A stretch of 57,499 bases of DNA from Acidobacteriota bacterium (GTDB taxonomy: Bacteria > Acidobacteriota > DATKUA01 > JAFGBY01). The notes below the pieces were generated by a model. That model did not search any database. It saw only the letters and a program-made list of their open reading frames with translations, and had not been told where the DNA came from. The stretch covers positions 1-57,499 of the forward strand of contig JAFGBY010000106.1 of NCBI GenBank assembly GCA_016932915.1, given 5' to 3'. Position numbers and translations under genes: made by a program. Below, piece after piece: positions 43,178-51,931 of the stretch. The stretch's first letter is position 1, and each line of letters begins with the position of its first letter.

Positions 43178-44197
43178 TTAATCAACAAGTCTGATATAGC
43201 CGCTTTTACCACTTATTTTACGATCCATAGTTGAAACTACTATCCGTAGTGCGTCTCCACCCGGAATAACTCCATCCCCAACAATGGGAACATCTACCCA
43301 TGTATAAGATCTGGTTGTGGGAGGCAGATTATCGACTATGAAATTATACCTTGGATCAAGCCCGTCAACCCAAATCATAAGATTTTCGGTAATATTTTCT
43401 GCACGGAAACGAATTATCAGCGAAGTTCCACGATGTACGGTTACACCTTCTGTAGGCTGAGTAACGGTAATCTTCTGGTTGGTTATCGTGAAGTCATTGT
43501 CGCTTTCATCCATCCCTGGTTTTGTTTCTCCTGAAGCAATGCGCAGGAAGTATTCAGAACCATTAGAAATATCATCTGGAACGGCCCAGTTATAGCGATA
43601 TCTGTTTCCACCTAGTGATATGGGAACGACATCATGGATTGAATAGACCATTGAACCGCCTTCTCTGATATAAATTGTCGGATGGCCTATATCGTTTTCA
43701 GTTTCCCACTCAACACGATAGGTTTCACCTTTGTAAAGAGTTTCGCCACCATTCGGGCTAAGAACTTTAATCTTTGCAAAACGGTCGGAAACATCCATGT
43801 AAAGTGAACCTGAAACGGTCGGAAGTTCTTTTATAGTGAATACATTATTACTTAAATCAACAACCGTTGATTTACCATAATCTATTCTAATCATAATTTT
43901 GTATTTTGTGTTTCCAGCAACATCATTGGGGATTTTCCATTGAAATTCATGCTGCATTGGTTGACCTGGCATTAATCCAAAATCTGTTATATGTGAAACA
44001 GTCTTACCGGAACCAAGTATCAAGAATATTTTTCCTTTTGCTTTTGCAGATGTACACTCCCATCTAATCTTCATAGTAGAGCCGACTTTATACGTTTCTC
44101 CACCATTAGGCGCAACGACATGTAAATGGAATGCCGCTTCAACGGAAAATGCGAAGAGGCAGCTGATTATAACGAAAGATAGCATGAGTTTTTTCAT
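43178..44197 (-). CDS. Secreted protein with three Ig-like repeats (Kre9/KNH- or GPI-anchored-family-like)
   Basis: 339 aa with a signal peptide. Three units start VVAPNGGETYKVGSTMKIRWEC, VLSPNGGETLYKGETYRVEWET and VTQPTEGVTVHRGTSLIIRFRA. Confidence 0.6.
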   Translation of the reverse strand: MKKLMLSFVIISCLFAFSVEAAFHLHVVAPNGGETYKVGSTMKIRWECTSAKAKGKIFLILGSGKTVSHITDFGLMPGQPMQHEFQWKIPNDVAGNTKYKIMIRIDYGKSTVVDLSNNVFTIKELPTVSGSLYMDVSDRFAKIKVLSPNGGETLYKGETYRVEWETENDIGHPTIYIREGGSMVYSIHDVVPISLGGNRYRYNWAVPDDISNGSEYFLRIASGETKPGMDESDNDFTITNQKITVTQPTEGVTVHRGTSLIIRFRAENITENLMIWVDGLDPRYNFIVDNLPPTTRSYTWVDVPIVGDGVIPGGDALRIVVSTMDRKISGKSGYIRLVD

Positions 44198-44288
44198 CGT
44201 AGTGTCTCCTTAATTATATTTATATTGTAGCAGGTTATGTAAAGAATGATGTTATCTAGTTAACACTTTTAGATGCTGGATGAAATCC

Positions 44289-45215
44289 TTAAAGTGTTGT
44301 AAGATTGTCTAATAATTTGATAAATCTGTCTTCATTTAACCCGACTGAGAAAATAATACTGCTCTTATTAACATTGAGAATCAGGCTATTGTCGTTTGAA
44401 TCTGTCGCTCTGATGATTTGGTTATTCAGGATTAAATCTGCTTTATCAGAAATTCCAAGCTTAGTTGTAATTGCCTGGACATCTTTTTTTATTTCATCCT
44501 CATCTGAGTATTTTAAAAAGATAAACTTTACAGAATTGTCCAGTTCCATGCAGATTCCCTCTTTAAAACTTAGAGGTCTATCAAGGTAGAAATCATATTT
44601 ATCCATCAGTGCAAGGGGTCCCATTATATAGGTGGTCTTTTCAACGGCAGGAATATTTAATTTTTCTGTAAATTTAATTAATTCGGGCTTTTCACCTGAA
44701 AAATCTATTTTATCCGCAACAATTTCCCCGATTTTTTTCATCGCTTCGGATAATGCCGATGTGTTTTTCCTGCTGGCAATGGTGACCAGGTAATTTCCCT
44801 TCCATATGTTGATATAATAACCTTCGTCTATAGCTTCCTGGCCAATATCGATTTTTTGCCCCCTGGAAGCCGTTTTAAAAGAATAAATCCCATATGCTGC
44901 AGATGAATTTTTCATCCTGTAGATTTCCAGATCGATATATTCACCTTCTGATGTTTTGTATTCCTGAACGGCAATTTCCACGAATCCATATTCATGGTAG
45001 AGATCAGCTCCTCCATTAATAAGCATGAACAGGTCATCACCCGCATAGTATTGAACATCATCAGATTTTTTTAACCCCTCGATTTCAGTGGGGATTAATG
45101 CTGTTACGTTGAGATTTGAAGCCTTAATGGTGTTGTCTGCAAAAAGATACATTCTGGGGAAGCATAAAAACAATGCTCCCCCCAGAAATATGAACCATAA
45201 TAATGCTTTATTCAT
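44289..45215 (-). CDS. Secreted hypothetical protein
   Basis: 308 aa with an N-terminal signal/anchor (ALLWFIFLGGALFLCF). No domain I can name. Starts 12 nt downstream of the DUF362 gene. Confidence 0.55.
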   Translation of the reverse strand: MNKALLWFIFLGGALFLCFPRMYLFADNTIKASNLNVTALIPTEIEGLKKSDDVQYYAGDDLFMLINGGADLYHEYGFVEIAVQEYKTSEGEYIDLEIYRMKNSSAAYGIYSFKTASRGQKIDIGQEAIDEGYYINIWKGNYLVTIASRKNTSALSEAMKKIGEIVADKIDFSGEKPELIKFTEKLNIPAVEKTTYIMGPLALMDKYDFYLDRPLSFKEGICMELDNSVKFIFLKYSDEDEIKKDVQAITTKLGISDKADLILNNQIIRATDSNDNSLILNVNKSSIIFSVGLNEDRFIKLLDNLTTL

Positions 45216-45227
45216 CCGATCATCTGT

Positions 45228-46157
45228 CTAAGCAGATACCTCTTTAATTTTGAGTTTTTTATAATCTATCTCGCCTAACCCATATTCTTTTGCCATAGTA
45301 ATCATCTGGGCATCCTTGATTTTAAAACCCATTTGATCAAGAGCAAGTTTATCGATTGCAACTGGGTCGGTCCCTGCGCATATGGTATCCAGTTTCATGA
45401 GTTCCCCGGGGCCAAATGGGCCGTTCGATACCAGGAATTGAGTTTGATCCATTATCAACAGGTCTGGTTTACGGAGCAAGTTTACATCAGCGATACACTG
45501 ATGGATATGCCGTAAGCTTTCCGAACTGTGTTGGTCGCTCGAATTTGATCCGCGATGAAAATATATGTTGGTAGAACGAGAGGTTGCGCCCATCATGTTT
45601 TTCAATGTACCGGTAAAATAGCAGCTGCCGTGTTGTTTGGAAATTGTTACGTTAATCAATACGTCAGCTTCCAGGAGTTCGACAGCGATTTCCGCCTCTT
45701 TCAGCGCTTTCCCTTTCACCGGGACTGTTTTCATCTCCTGTTTGCCATCTTTCATCCAGTTTATAAGGGATTCATATTTTTTACTGAATTCCTCATCGAT
45801 TTCCCAGTATCTATCTCTTTTCTCAGGTATGGAGTATACAGTCTTCGCTCCTGCATCCTTGCAGAGTTTTGCAACGGCGAGAGAAATACGTGGATTCACA
45901 GCCGATCCCGGATGTTTGAAAGATGAGTTGATAAGCAATGCAACAGTAGATTGTTTAGGTACGAATTTACTTATTCCACCGATTATATCTATGGCTTTAA
46001 TGGTATTAGCGAAATAATCCGTTCCTTTTACTATTGAGATGTCCGCTTCAGCTGCGTTTAAAGAAATAATCCTGTTCAATGGATTTGAAACCACCGAAGC
46101 CGCACCAACGGCGAGTGAACCACCTATAAATTTCCTTCGGCTTAATTTTTTTATCAT
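45228..46157 (-). CDS. Tat-signal DUF362-family protein
   Basis: Twin-arginine signal MIKKLSRRKFIGGSLAVGAASV. DUF362-like blocks (DVLINVTISKQHGSCYFTGTLKNMMG, LLIMDQTQFLVSNGPFGPG, AGTDPVAIDKLALDQMG). Confidence 0.72.
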   Translation of the reverse strand: MIKKLSRRKFIGGSLAVGAASVVSNPLNRIISLNAAEADISIVKGTDYFANTIKAIDIIGGISKFVPKQSTVALLINSSFKHPGSAVNPRISLAVAKLCKDAGAKTVYSIPEKRDRYWEIDEEFSKKYESLINWMKDGKQEMKTVPVKGKALKEAEIAVELLEADVLINVTISKQHGSCYFTGTLKNMMGATSRSTNIYFHRGSNSSDQHSSESLRHIHQCIADVNLLRKPDLLIMDQTQFLVSNGPFGPGELMKLDTICAGTDPVAIDKLALDQMGFKIKDAQMITMAKEYGLGEIDYKKLKIKEVSA

Positions 46158-46265
46158 GGCACCTCCATTTAAAAATTAAATTGTATGACCTGAAATGATG
46201 TTCCGTGTAATTAAATATATGTGCAATTGAAAAAATATCAAGTTTAGTGCCGTTTCAGCCTGCAT

Positions 46266-46293
46266 TTGAAAGTAAGTGTGCGAGGTGTATAAT
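46266..46293 (+). promoter_or_regulatory. Sigma70-like promoter upstream of the small membrane protein / MazG-like pair
   Basis: TTGAAA-16 nt-TATAAT, 20 nt upstream of ATG 46314. Confidence 0.5.
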
Positions 46294-46313
46294 AAAATAC
46301 AAGAGGTGACAGA

Positions 46314-46571
46314 ATGAAACTCAACATTAAAGCGCTTGCCCTGACGATTGGTTTGGTCTGGGGAGTTGGTATTTTTCTTTTTACCTGGTGGGTAATCATT
46401 TTTGAAGGTTCAACAGCAGAACCGACTATTATCGCCAAACTTTATAGAGGTTATGACATAAGCCCGTTCGGTAGCTTGATAGGATTGATTTGGGGATTTC
46501 TCGATGGCCTTATTGGTGGTGCATTGATTGGCTGGATTTATAATTTCCTGGCTGCAAAAACTGAGAAGTGA
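46314..46571 (+). CDS. Small (85 aa) two-TM membrane protein
   Basis: Two hydrophobic segments (LALTIGLVWGVGIFLFTWWVIIF; LIGLIWGFLDGLIGGALIGWIYNFL). GAGGTG RBS and a sigma70-like promoter upstream. Confidence 0.6.
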   Translation: MKLNIKALALTIGLVWGVGIFLFTWWVIIFEGSTAEPTIIAKLYRGYDISPFGSLIGLIWGFLDGLIGGALIGWIYNFLAAKTEK

Positions 46572-46596
46572 AAGTATTCATATAGAAAGGATTTAT

Positions 46597-46911
46597 ATGA
46601 CAGATTTTATAACCGTATCTGATTTGATAAGAGATTGTCATTCAAATGCAAAGATGAAAGGTTTCTGGGATGCCAGCCAGAACATTCCTGAAAAAGTAAT
46701 GCTGGTTGTGACGGAGCTAGCAGAAGGAGTTGAAGCTTACAGGAACGGTATTGTAATTGGTGAAAAAGATTGTTTTGCGGAGGAACTTGCTGATGCTGTT
46801 ATACGGATATTTGATATATGCGGATATCTTGAAATTGATCTCGAAAAGGAACTCCGAGAGAAGATGAAATACAATAAAACACGCCCATACCTACACGGGA
46901 AAAAGTTTTAA
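46597..46911 (+). CDS. Small MazG-like nucleotide pyrophosphohydrolase
   Basis: 104 aa from ATG 46597, in frame inside the track ORF that starts at 46528. EExxE/D metal motifs VTELAEGVEAYR and AEELADAVIRIFD are typical of the all-alpha NTP-PPase fold. Confidence 0.72.
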   Translation: MTDFITVSDLIRDCHSNAKMKGFWDASQNIPEKVMLVVTELAEGVEAYRNGIVIGEKDCFAEELADAVIRIFDICGYLEIDLEKELREKMKYNKTRPYLHGKKF

Positions 46912-46913
46912 TG

Positions 46914-46944
46914 AAAAAAACGGCTCATAACGAGCCGTTTTTTT
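46914..46944. terminator. Bidirectional Rho-independent terminator
   Basis: aaaaaaacggctc-ataac-gagccgttttttt, with an A-run and T-run flanking a GC stem, between the MazG-like gene (+) and ppdK (-). Confidence 0.8.
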
Positions 46945-46972
46945 ATGTTCTATTTTTTTATATTCTAATATT

Positions 46973-49630
46973 CTATTTGTCCTTCAAAGCAGCCTGCGCT
47001 GCAGCAAGCCTCGCAATGGGAACCCTGAAGGGGGAGCAGCTGACGTAATTCATGCCGATTCTATGGCAGAATTCTACTGATGACGGTTCGCCGCCATGCT
47101 CGCCGCATATACCGACTTTTAATTCAGGTCTTGTAGAACGGCCCTTCTCAATACCCATTTTTACCAGCTGACCGATGCCATCCTGGTCGAGAACCTGGAA
47201 TGGGTCTTTAGGTAGAATACCGCTTTTGACATAATTGCCGAGGAAGGCGCCTGCATCATCACGGCTGAATCCGAATCCCATCTGTGTGAGGTCGTTTGTG
47301 CCAAATGAGAAAAATTCGGCCTCTCTTGCGATCTCATCAGCGGTTAGAGCCGCTCGTGGGATTTCGATCATCGTTCCGACCATGTATTTAATATCTACCC
47401 CGGCCTTTTTCATCAGTTCCGTACCTATTCGGATTGTCATCTCCTTGAGGATATCGAATTCTTTATAGTGACCGACCAGCGGGATCATTATTTCAGGATA
47501 GACCTTGATTCCAGCCTGTTTTGCCTTGATGGCGGCTTCGAAAATCGCAGTCACCTGCATTTCGTAGATCTCAGGATAAGTGATACCGAGACGGCAACCA
47601 CGATGGCCCAACATCGGGTTAAATTCTTTTAATTCCTGAACACGTTTCTTGAGTAATTCCACCGAAACGCCCATCTGCTCGGAAACTTCTTTGTCTTCCT
47701 TGTCAGTATGAGGTAGGAATTCATGCAATGGTGGATCGAGCAGCCTGATTGTAACGGGCAGTCCATCCATCGCTTTGAAAATCTGGAAGAAGTCTTTTCT
47801 CTGCATAGGCAGGAGCTTCTTCAGGGCTTTTCTTCTTTCTGTCTCAGTTTTAGAAAGAATCATTTCGCGTACTGAGGTAATTCTGTCTTCGCCGAAGAAC
47901 ATGTGTTCGGTCCGGCAGAGGCCTATTCCCTCGGCACCGAAGTTACGAGCTACTTTGGAATCATGCGGGGTGTCAGCATTTGTGCGGACATTTATTTTTC
48001 TGAACTCATCAGACCATTTCATGAATTCACCGAATTCGCCTGCGAGTTTGGGTTCGACCAGTTTGGCTTCGCCTTCGAAAATGTTGCCGCTGTTACCGTT
48101 GATTGAGATATAGTCACCGACTTTCAGTGTAATATCATCAAACTTGATGATTTTTTTCTTTTCATCGATGGAAAGGTTACCGCATCCTGCTACACAAGGT
48201 TTGCCCATTCCACGTGCTACAACTGCTGCATGGGATGTCATGCCACCGCGAGCAGTGAGGATTCCCTGGGCTGCATCCATACCGCCGATATCTTCTGGGG
48301 AAGTTTCCAGGCGGACCAGTACAACCTTTTCGCCTTTTTCCGCCGCTTCTTCCGCAGCATCAGCATTAAGTACTATTTTTCCTACTCCTGCGCCTGGAGA
48401 GGCAGGTAATCCTTTGCCGAGAATCCGGAGGGTCTGGCCAATTACCATCTGAGGATGAAGCAGCTGGTCGATGCTGGCAGGATCAACCCGCATTATCGCT
48501 TCTTCTTTGCTGATGAGTTTTTCCTTTACCATGTCGACAGCGATTTTAACGGCAGCGGGAGCTGTACGTTTTCCGTTTCTTGTCTGCAGGATGTAGAGCT
48601 TGCCATCTTCGATTGTAAACTCGATATCCTGCATATCACGGTAATGTTTCTCGAGGTTTTTATAAATCGTAACCAGATCTTTATATATTCCTGGCATAAC
48701 CTCTTCGAGCGAAGGCAGATCATCTGATGTTTTGGCAGCCTTGTTTATTGGCCTCGGTGTACGGATACCGGCAACAACGTCCTCTCCCTGGGCTTTAACC
48801 AGGTATTCGCCGAAGAATCTTTTTTCGCCATTACCCGGGTCTCTTGTAAAGGCAACGCCTGTGGCGGAATTTTCATTAAGGTTGCCGAATACCATGACCT
48901 GTACGTTTACGCCGGTTCCAAGGTTATCCGGAAGGTTATTCAATCTTCTGTATGTTTTTGCCCTGTTGGTATTCCAGGATTTAAATACAGCTTCGATACC
49001 GAGTTTCAACTGTTCCATCGGTTCTGTAGGAAAATCGGATTTTTTATGTTTTTTATAGACCTGTTTGAACTGTTTAACGATTTCTTCGAGCGCTTTTTCA
49101 TCGAGATCTGTATCAACCTTTGCGCCGACTTTCTCTTTCATAGCGTCAAATTTTTCATCGAAATGTTCTTTGGGGATCCCCATAACAACATCGCTAAACA
49201 TGGTAATAAAACGTCTATAGCTATCCATCGCGAAACGCCTGTCATTAAACATACGCGCGATGCCTTCTACCGTATTATCATTAAGACCAAGGTTCAGGAC
49301 TGTGTCCATCATACCCGGCATGGAAAATTTAGCGCCGGATCGAACAGAAAACAGGAGGGGGTTATTCGGATTGCCAAACTCACGCCCCATTAATTTTTCA
49401 ACAGCCTTTAAATTACTCTCTACTTCTTCCAGTAATCCTGTCGGCCAGTCTCCAGTTTTCAAATATTCAATACATGCTTCAGTCGTGATTGTGAATCCGG
49501 GGGGTACCGGCAGACCCAGGCTGGACATCTCAGCCAGGTTTGCTCCCTTTCCGCCCAATAAGTCACGTAGTTTCGCTGAACCATCGGTTTTTTTAGCACT
49601 GAAAAAATATACGTATTTCTTCTTCGCCAT
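46973..49630 (-). CDS. ppdK: Pyruvate, phosphate dikinase
   Basis: 885 aa. ATP-grasp N-terminus (GGKGANLAEM), phospho-His motif GGMTSHAAVVARG, PEP-utilising TIM barrel with the catalytic Cys (YVSCSPFRVP). Confidence 0.97.
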   Translation of the reverse strand: MAKKKYVYFFSAKKTDGSAKLRDLLGGKGANLAEMSSLGLPVPPGFTITTEACIEYLKTGDWPTGLLEEVESNLKAVEKLMGREFGNPNNPLLFSVRSGAKFSMPGMMDTVLNLGLNDNTVEGIARMFNDRRFAMDSYRRFITMFSDVVMGIPKEHFDEKFDAMKEKVGAKVDTDLDEKALEEIVKQFKQVYKKHKKSDFPTEPMEQLKLGIEAVFKSWNTNRAKTYRRLNNLPDNLGTGVNVQVMVFGNLNENSATGVAFTRDPGNGEKRFFGEYLVKAQGEDVVAGIRTPRPINKAAKTSDDLPSLEEVMPGIYKDLVTIYKNLEKHYRDMQDIEFTIEDGKLYILQTRNGKRTAPAAVKIAVDMVKEKLISKEEAIMRVDPASIDQLLHPQMVIGQTLRILGKGLPASPGAGVGKIVLNADAAEEAAEKGEKVVLVRLETSPEDIGGMDAAQGILTARGGMTSHAAVVARGMGKPCVAGCGNLSIDEKKKIIKFDDITLKVGDYISINGNSGNIFEGEAKLVEPKLAGEFGEFMKWSDEFRKINVRTNADTPHDSKVARNFGAEGIGLCRTEHMFFGEDRITSVREMILSKTETERRKALKKLLPMQRKDFFQIFKAMDGLPVTIRLLDPPLHEFLPHTDKEDKEVSEQMGVSVELLKKRVQELKEFNPMLGHRGCRLGITYPEIYEMQVTAIFEAAIKAKQAGIKVYPEIMIPLVGHYKEFDILKEMTIRIGTELMKKAGVDIKYMVGTMIEIPRAALTADEIAREAEFFSFGTNDLTQMGFGFSRDDAGAFLGNYVKSGILPKDPFQVLDQDGIGQLVKMGIEKGRSTRPELKVGICGEHGGEPSSVEFCHRIGMNYVSCSPFRVPIARLAAAQAALKDK

Positions 49631-49647
49631 CCCTCTTTCTCCTTTCT

Positions 49648-50403
49648 TCAGTATTCTCTGATCGCTCTCAAGTTTCTGAACGACTTTAACTCTTTCTCAA
49701 GCGTCTGTTCAAAAAGAAGATTCGTCCATTCAGTCACATCTGTTTTTCCAACCTTGAGGTTCCTCAAGATGGCATTATCTATCTTATTCTCAAATATTAT
49801 CCCAATTATATTATACATATTCCCGTTGAATTGTTTACCTTTTTCTACGCCGTTCCTCTCACATTCTTTACAAAAAAGATACCCTTCGACCGAAGCATAT
49901 AGAAATTGTTGATTGCTAAGAGGCCGTTTGCAGTGATGACATATTTTATAATCCGGTAAAGCGCCAATAAATTTCAGCAACCAAAGTTCAAAATATGCTG
50001 AGACAAGGTCTGCGGATAAACTTAGTTTAAATCCTCTGAGCATTTCAATAGTTAAGCGGAAGATATTTTCCTCTGTTAATCCATCCTGGAGAATTGTATT
50101 CAGGAGTTCAGAGTAGTAATAAAGATGAGCGGATACCGTGTAATCCGAAAATAGATCATATGATGATGAAATTATATCCATCTGATCAAGTGTCGGCATC
50201 CCGGTTTTTCTTCCTTCTTTTATAAGCGCATTGCCATGAGTGAAAATTTCAAGTGAACTACCAAACCGGTTCTGCATCTTGCGCGCGCCGTAAGCAATAA
50301 CGCTTTCCTTGCCGCTTTCACGTGAGAAGAGAATCACGATTTTATTCATCTCGCCCGTGTTTCGTGTTCTCAGTACGATGCATTCATGTTTTGTTTCGTT
50401 CAA
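49648..50403 (-). CDS. recO: DNA repair protein RecO
   Basis: 251 aa. OB-fold N-terminus (ECIVLRTRNTGEMNKIVILFSRESGK...AYGARK) and a zinc-binding CHHC...CKEC region. TTG start overlapping the upstream stop. Confidence 0.85.
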   Translation of the reverse strand: MNETKHECIVLRTRNTGEMNKIVILFSRESGKESVIAYGARKMQNRFGSSLEIFTHGNALIKEGRKTGMPTLDQMDIISSSYDLFSDYTVSAHLYYYSELLNTILQDGLTEENIFRLTIEMLRGFKLSLSADLVSAYFELWLLKFIGALPDYKICHHCKRPLSNQQFLYASVEGYLFCKECERNGVEKGKQFNGNMYNIIGIIFENKIDNAILRNLKVGKTDVTEWTNLLFEQTLEKELKSFRNLRAIREY

Positions 50404-50882
50404 TCCGCTTTCCTCTTCATTTGTACTTCCGTATTTTTATAATGCGTTCCCGGCCAGTAATACTTATTGCACTCCGGGCAATAGGTAAAGTTTCTGTGCC
50501 TGAGGAAAACAAACGGCGGTACTTTGCCGATGACATCCTTTTTCGTGGCCTTTACAAGTTCGGTATTACAAACCAGGCAACGGCTTATTTTCGGTAGGCC
50601 ATGAAGTGATATCCCAAACTCTTCCTCAATCTGAATGACCTGGTTTTCCAGGATATCAGAGTTAATAACGATAAAAGATTTAGCAAGTTTTCTTTCTGTG
50701 AGTTTTATATCCCTTGTAAGGATTACTCTGTTCTGTATATCTGCAATTTTTACCAAATCACCATCATCAATTTTTGTATAATATAATGTATCATAGCCGA
50801 AGATGCGGAGCCGCTTTGCCAGTGTGCCCAGCATGCAATCGGCAATAAAACTTATTTTTTTATCTTTTTTTTCTTTACTCAT
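50400..50882 (-). CDS. Mut7-C (PIN-like) RNase-domain protein with a C-terminal zinc ribbon
   Basis: 160 aa. FIADCMLGTLAKRLRIFGYDT is the Mut7-C N-terminal signature. CLVCN...CPECNKYYW zinc ribbon. Confidence 0.78.
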   Translation of the reverse strand: MSKEKKDKKISFIADCMLGTLAKRLRIFGYDTLYYTKIDDGDLVKIADIQNRVILTRDIKLTERKLAKSFIVINSDILENQVIQIEEEFGISLHGLPKISRCLVCNTELVKATKKDVIGKVPPFVFLRHRNFTYCPECNKYYWPGTHYKNTEVQMKRKAD

Positions 50883-50956
50883 CTTATTTTCATAAACGCA
50901 GAATTCGGATTATACAACTTTAGAAAAAGATATTACAGGATAAGGAGCGGAGAAAA

Positions 50957-51832
50957 TTAAAAACCTCTTTGAAGCCCTTTTTCTCTTGCATATTGGATTG
51001 CTTTTTTATACTCTTCGCTGGTTAGTCTATTATGCAATCCAGATATTGAATAAGCATTATATGCCGGATGGTATTGAGCCATGATGTTGATATATGTGTC
51101 CAACGGAAGATTCTCGGCTATAAAATCAATGACCTTTTCCGTATTTTCAGGCATACCCGGCATAACAAGATGGCGGATTAAAAGTCCTTTTGTTGCTATA
51201 CCAGATGAATTTGTTTCAAGACTTCCAGCCTGTTTATACATTTCCAAGATTGATACACTGGCATAATCGAAATAATTATCGGCTTTGGAATATTTCTTTC
51301 CAAGCTTATTGTCTCCCCATTTGAAATCGGGCATGTAAATATCTATATAACCCTTTAATTCCTGTATCGTTTCCGGTTTTTCATAACCTCCACAGTTATA
51401 TACGATAGGGAGGGATAAACCAATAGTACGAGCAATGTCAATAGCCTCAATTATTGCATGAAGTTGATGTGTAGGCGTTACCAGGTTAATATTTTCGCAA
51501 CCTCTTTTTTGTAACGAGAGCATAATTTCCCCAAGGCGATCTATTGAGATTTCTTTGCCTTCGTCCTGTTGGCTTATATCATAGTTCTGGCAGAACTGAC
51601 ACGCAAGGTTGCACGATGTAAAAAAAATCGTTCCTGAACCACCCAGGCCAACAAGTTCTCTTTCTTCACCAAAATGAGGCCCAAAACTGGATATAATAGG
51701 TCGAATCCCGGTTCTACAGAATCCTTTTTCCCCATTTTTTCGGTCGATACAACATCCGTGTGGACAGATGTTACAATTACTCAATTGTGAATCAAAAAAT
51801 TCTGCTATTGAGGAATGTTTTTTATTATCCAT
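50957..51832 (-). CDS. Radical SAM protein, PflX-like (pyruvate formate-lyase activase homologue family)
   Basis: 291 aa. N-terminal Cys cluster (CNICPHGCCIDRKNGEKGFC) and radical SAM motif SCNLACQFCQN. Confidence 0.82.
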   Translation of the reverse strand: MDNKKHSSIAEFFDSQLSNCNICPHGCCIDRKNGEKGFCRTGIRPIISSFGPHFGEERELVGLGGSGTIFFTSCNLACQFCQNYDISQQDEGKEISIDRLGEIMLSLQKRGCENINLVTPTHQLHAIIEAIDIARTIGLSLPIVYNCGGYEKPETIQELKGYIDIYMPDFKWGDNKLGKKYSKADNYFDYASVSILEMYKQAGSLETNSSGIATKGLLIRHLVMPGMPENTEKVIDFIAENLPLDTYINIMAQYHPAYNAYSISGLHNRLTSEEYKKAIQYAREKGLQRGF

Positions 51833-51931
51833 AATAATAATTTATCATATTGAAAGAATTTATAAAAATCATGTGCAAATAAAAAAGCGGGGCCTTTTAA
51901 GACCCCGAAGAAGAAAAACCGTTTTTATAGA

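Noticed and set aside
50400-50882. Mut7-C/PIN-like protein considered as a toxin of a toxin-antitoxin pair.
   Set aside because: No small antitoxin-like ORF (for example DUF433 or an HTH protein) is upstream or overlapping. Instead the gene is translationally coupled to recO.
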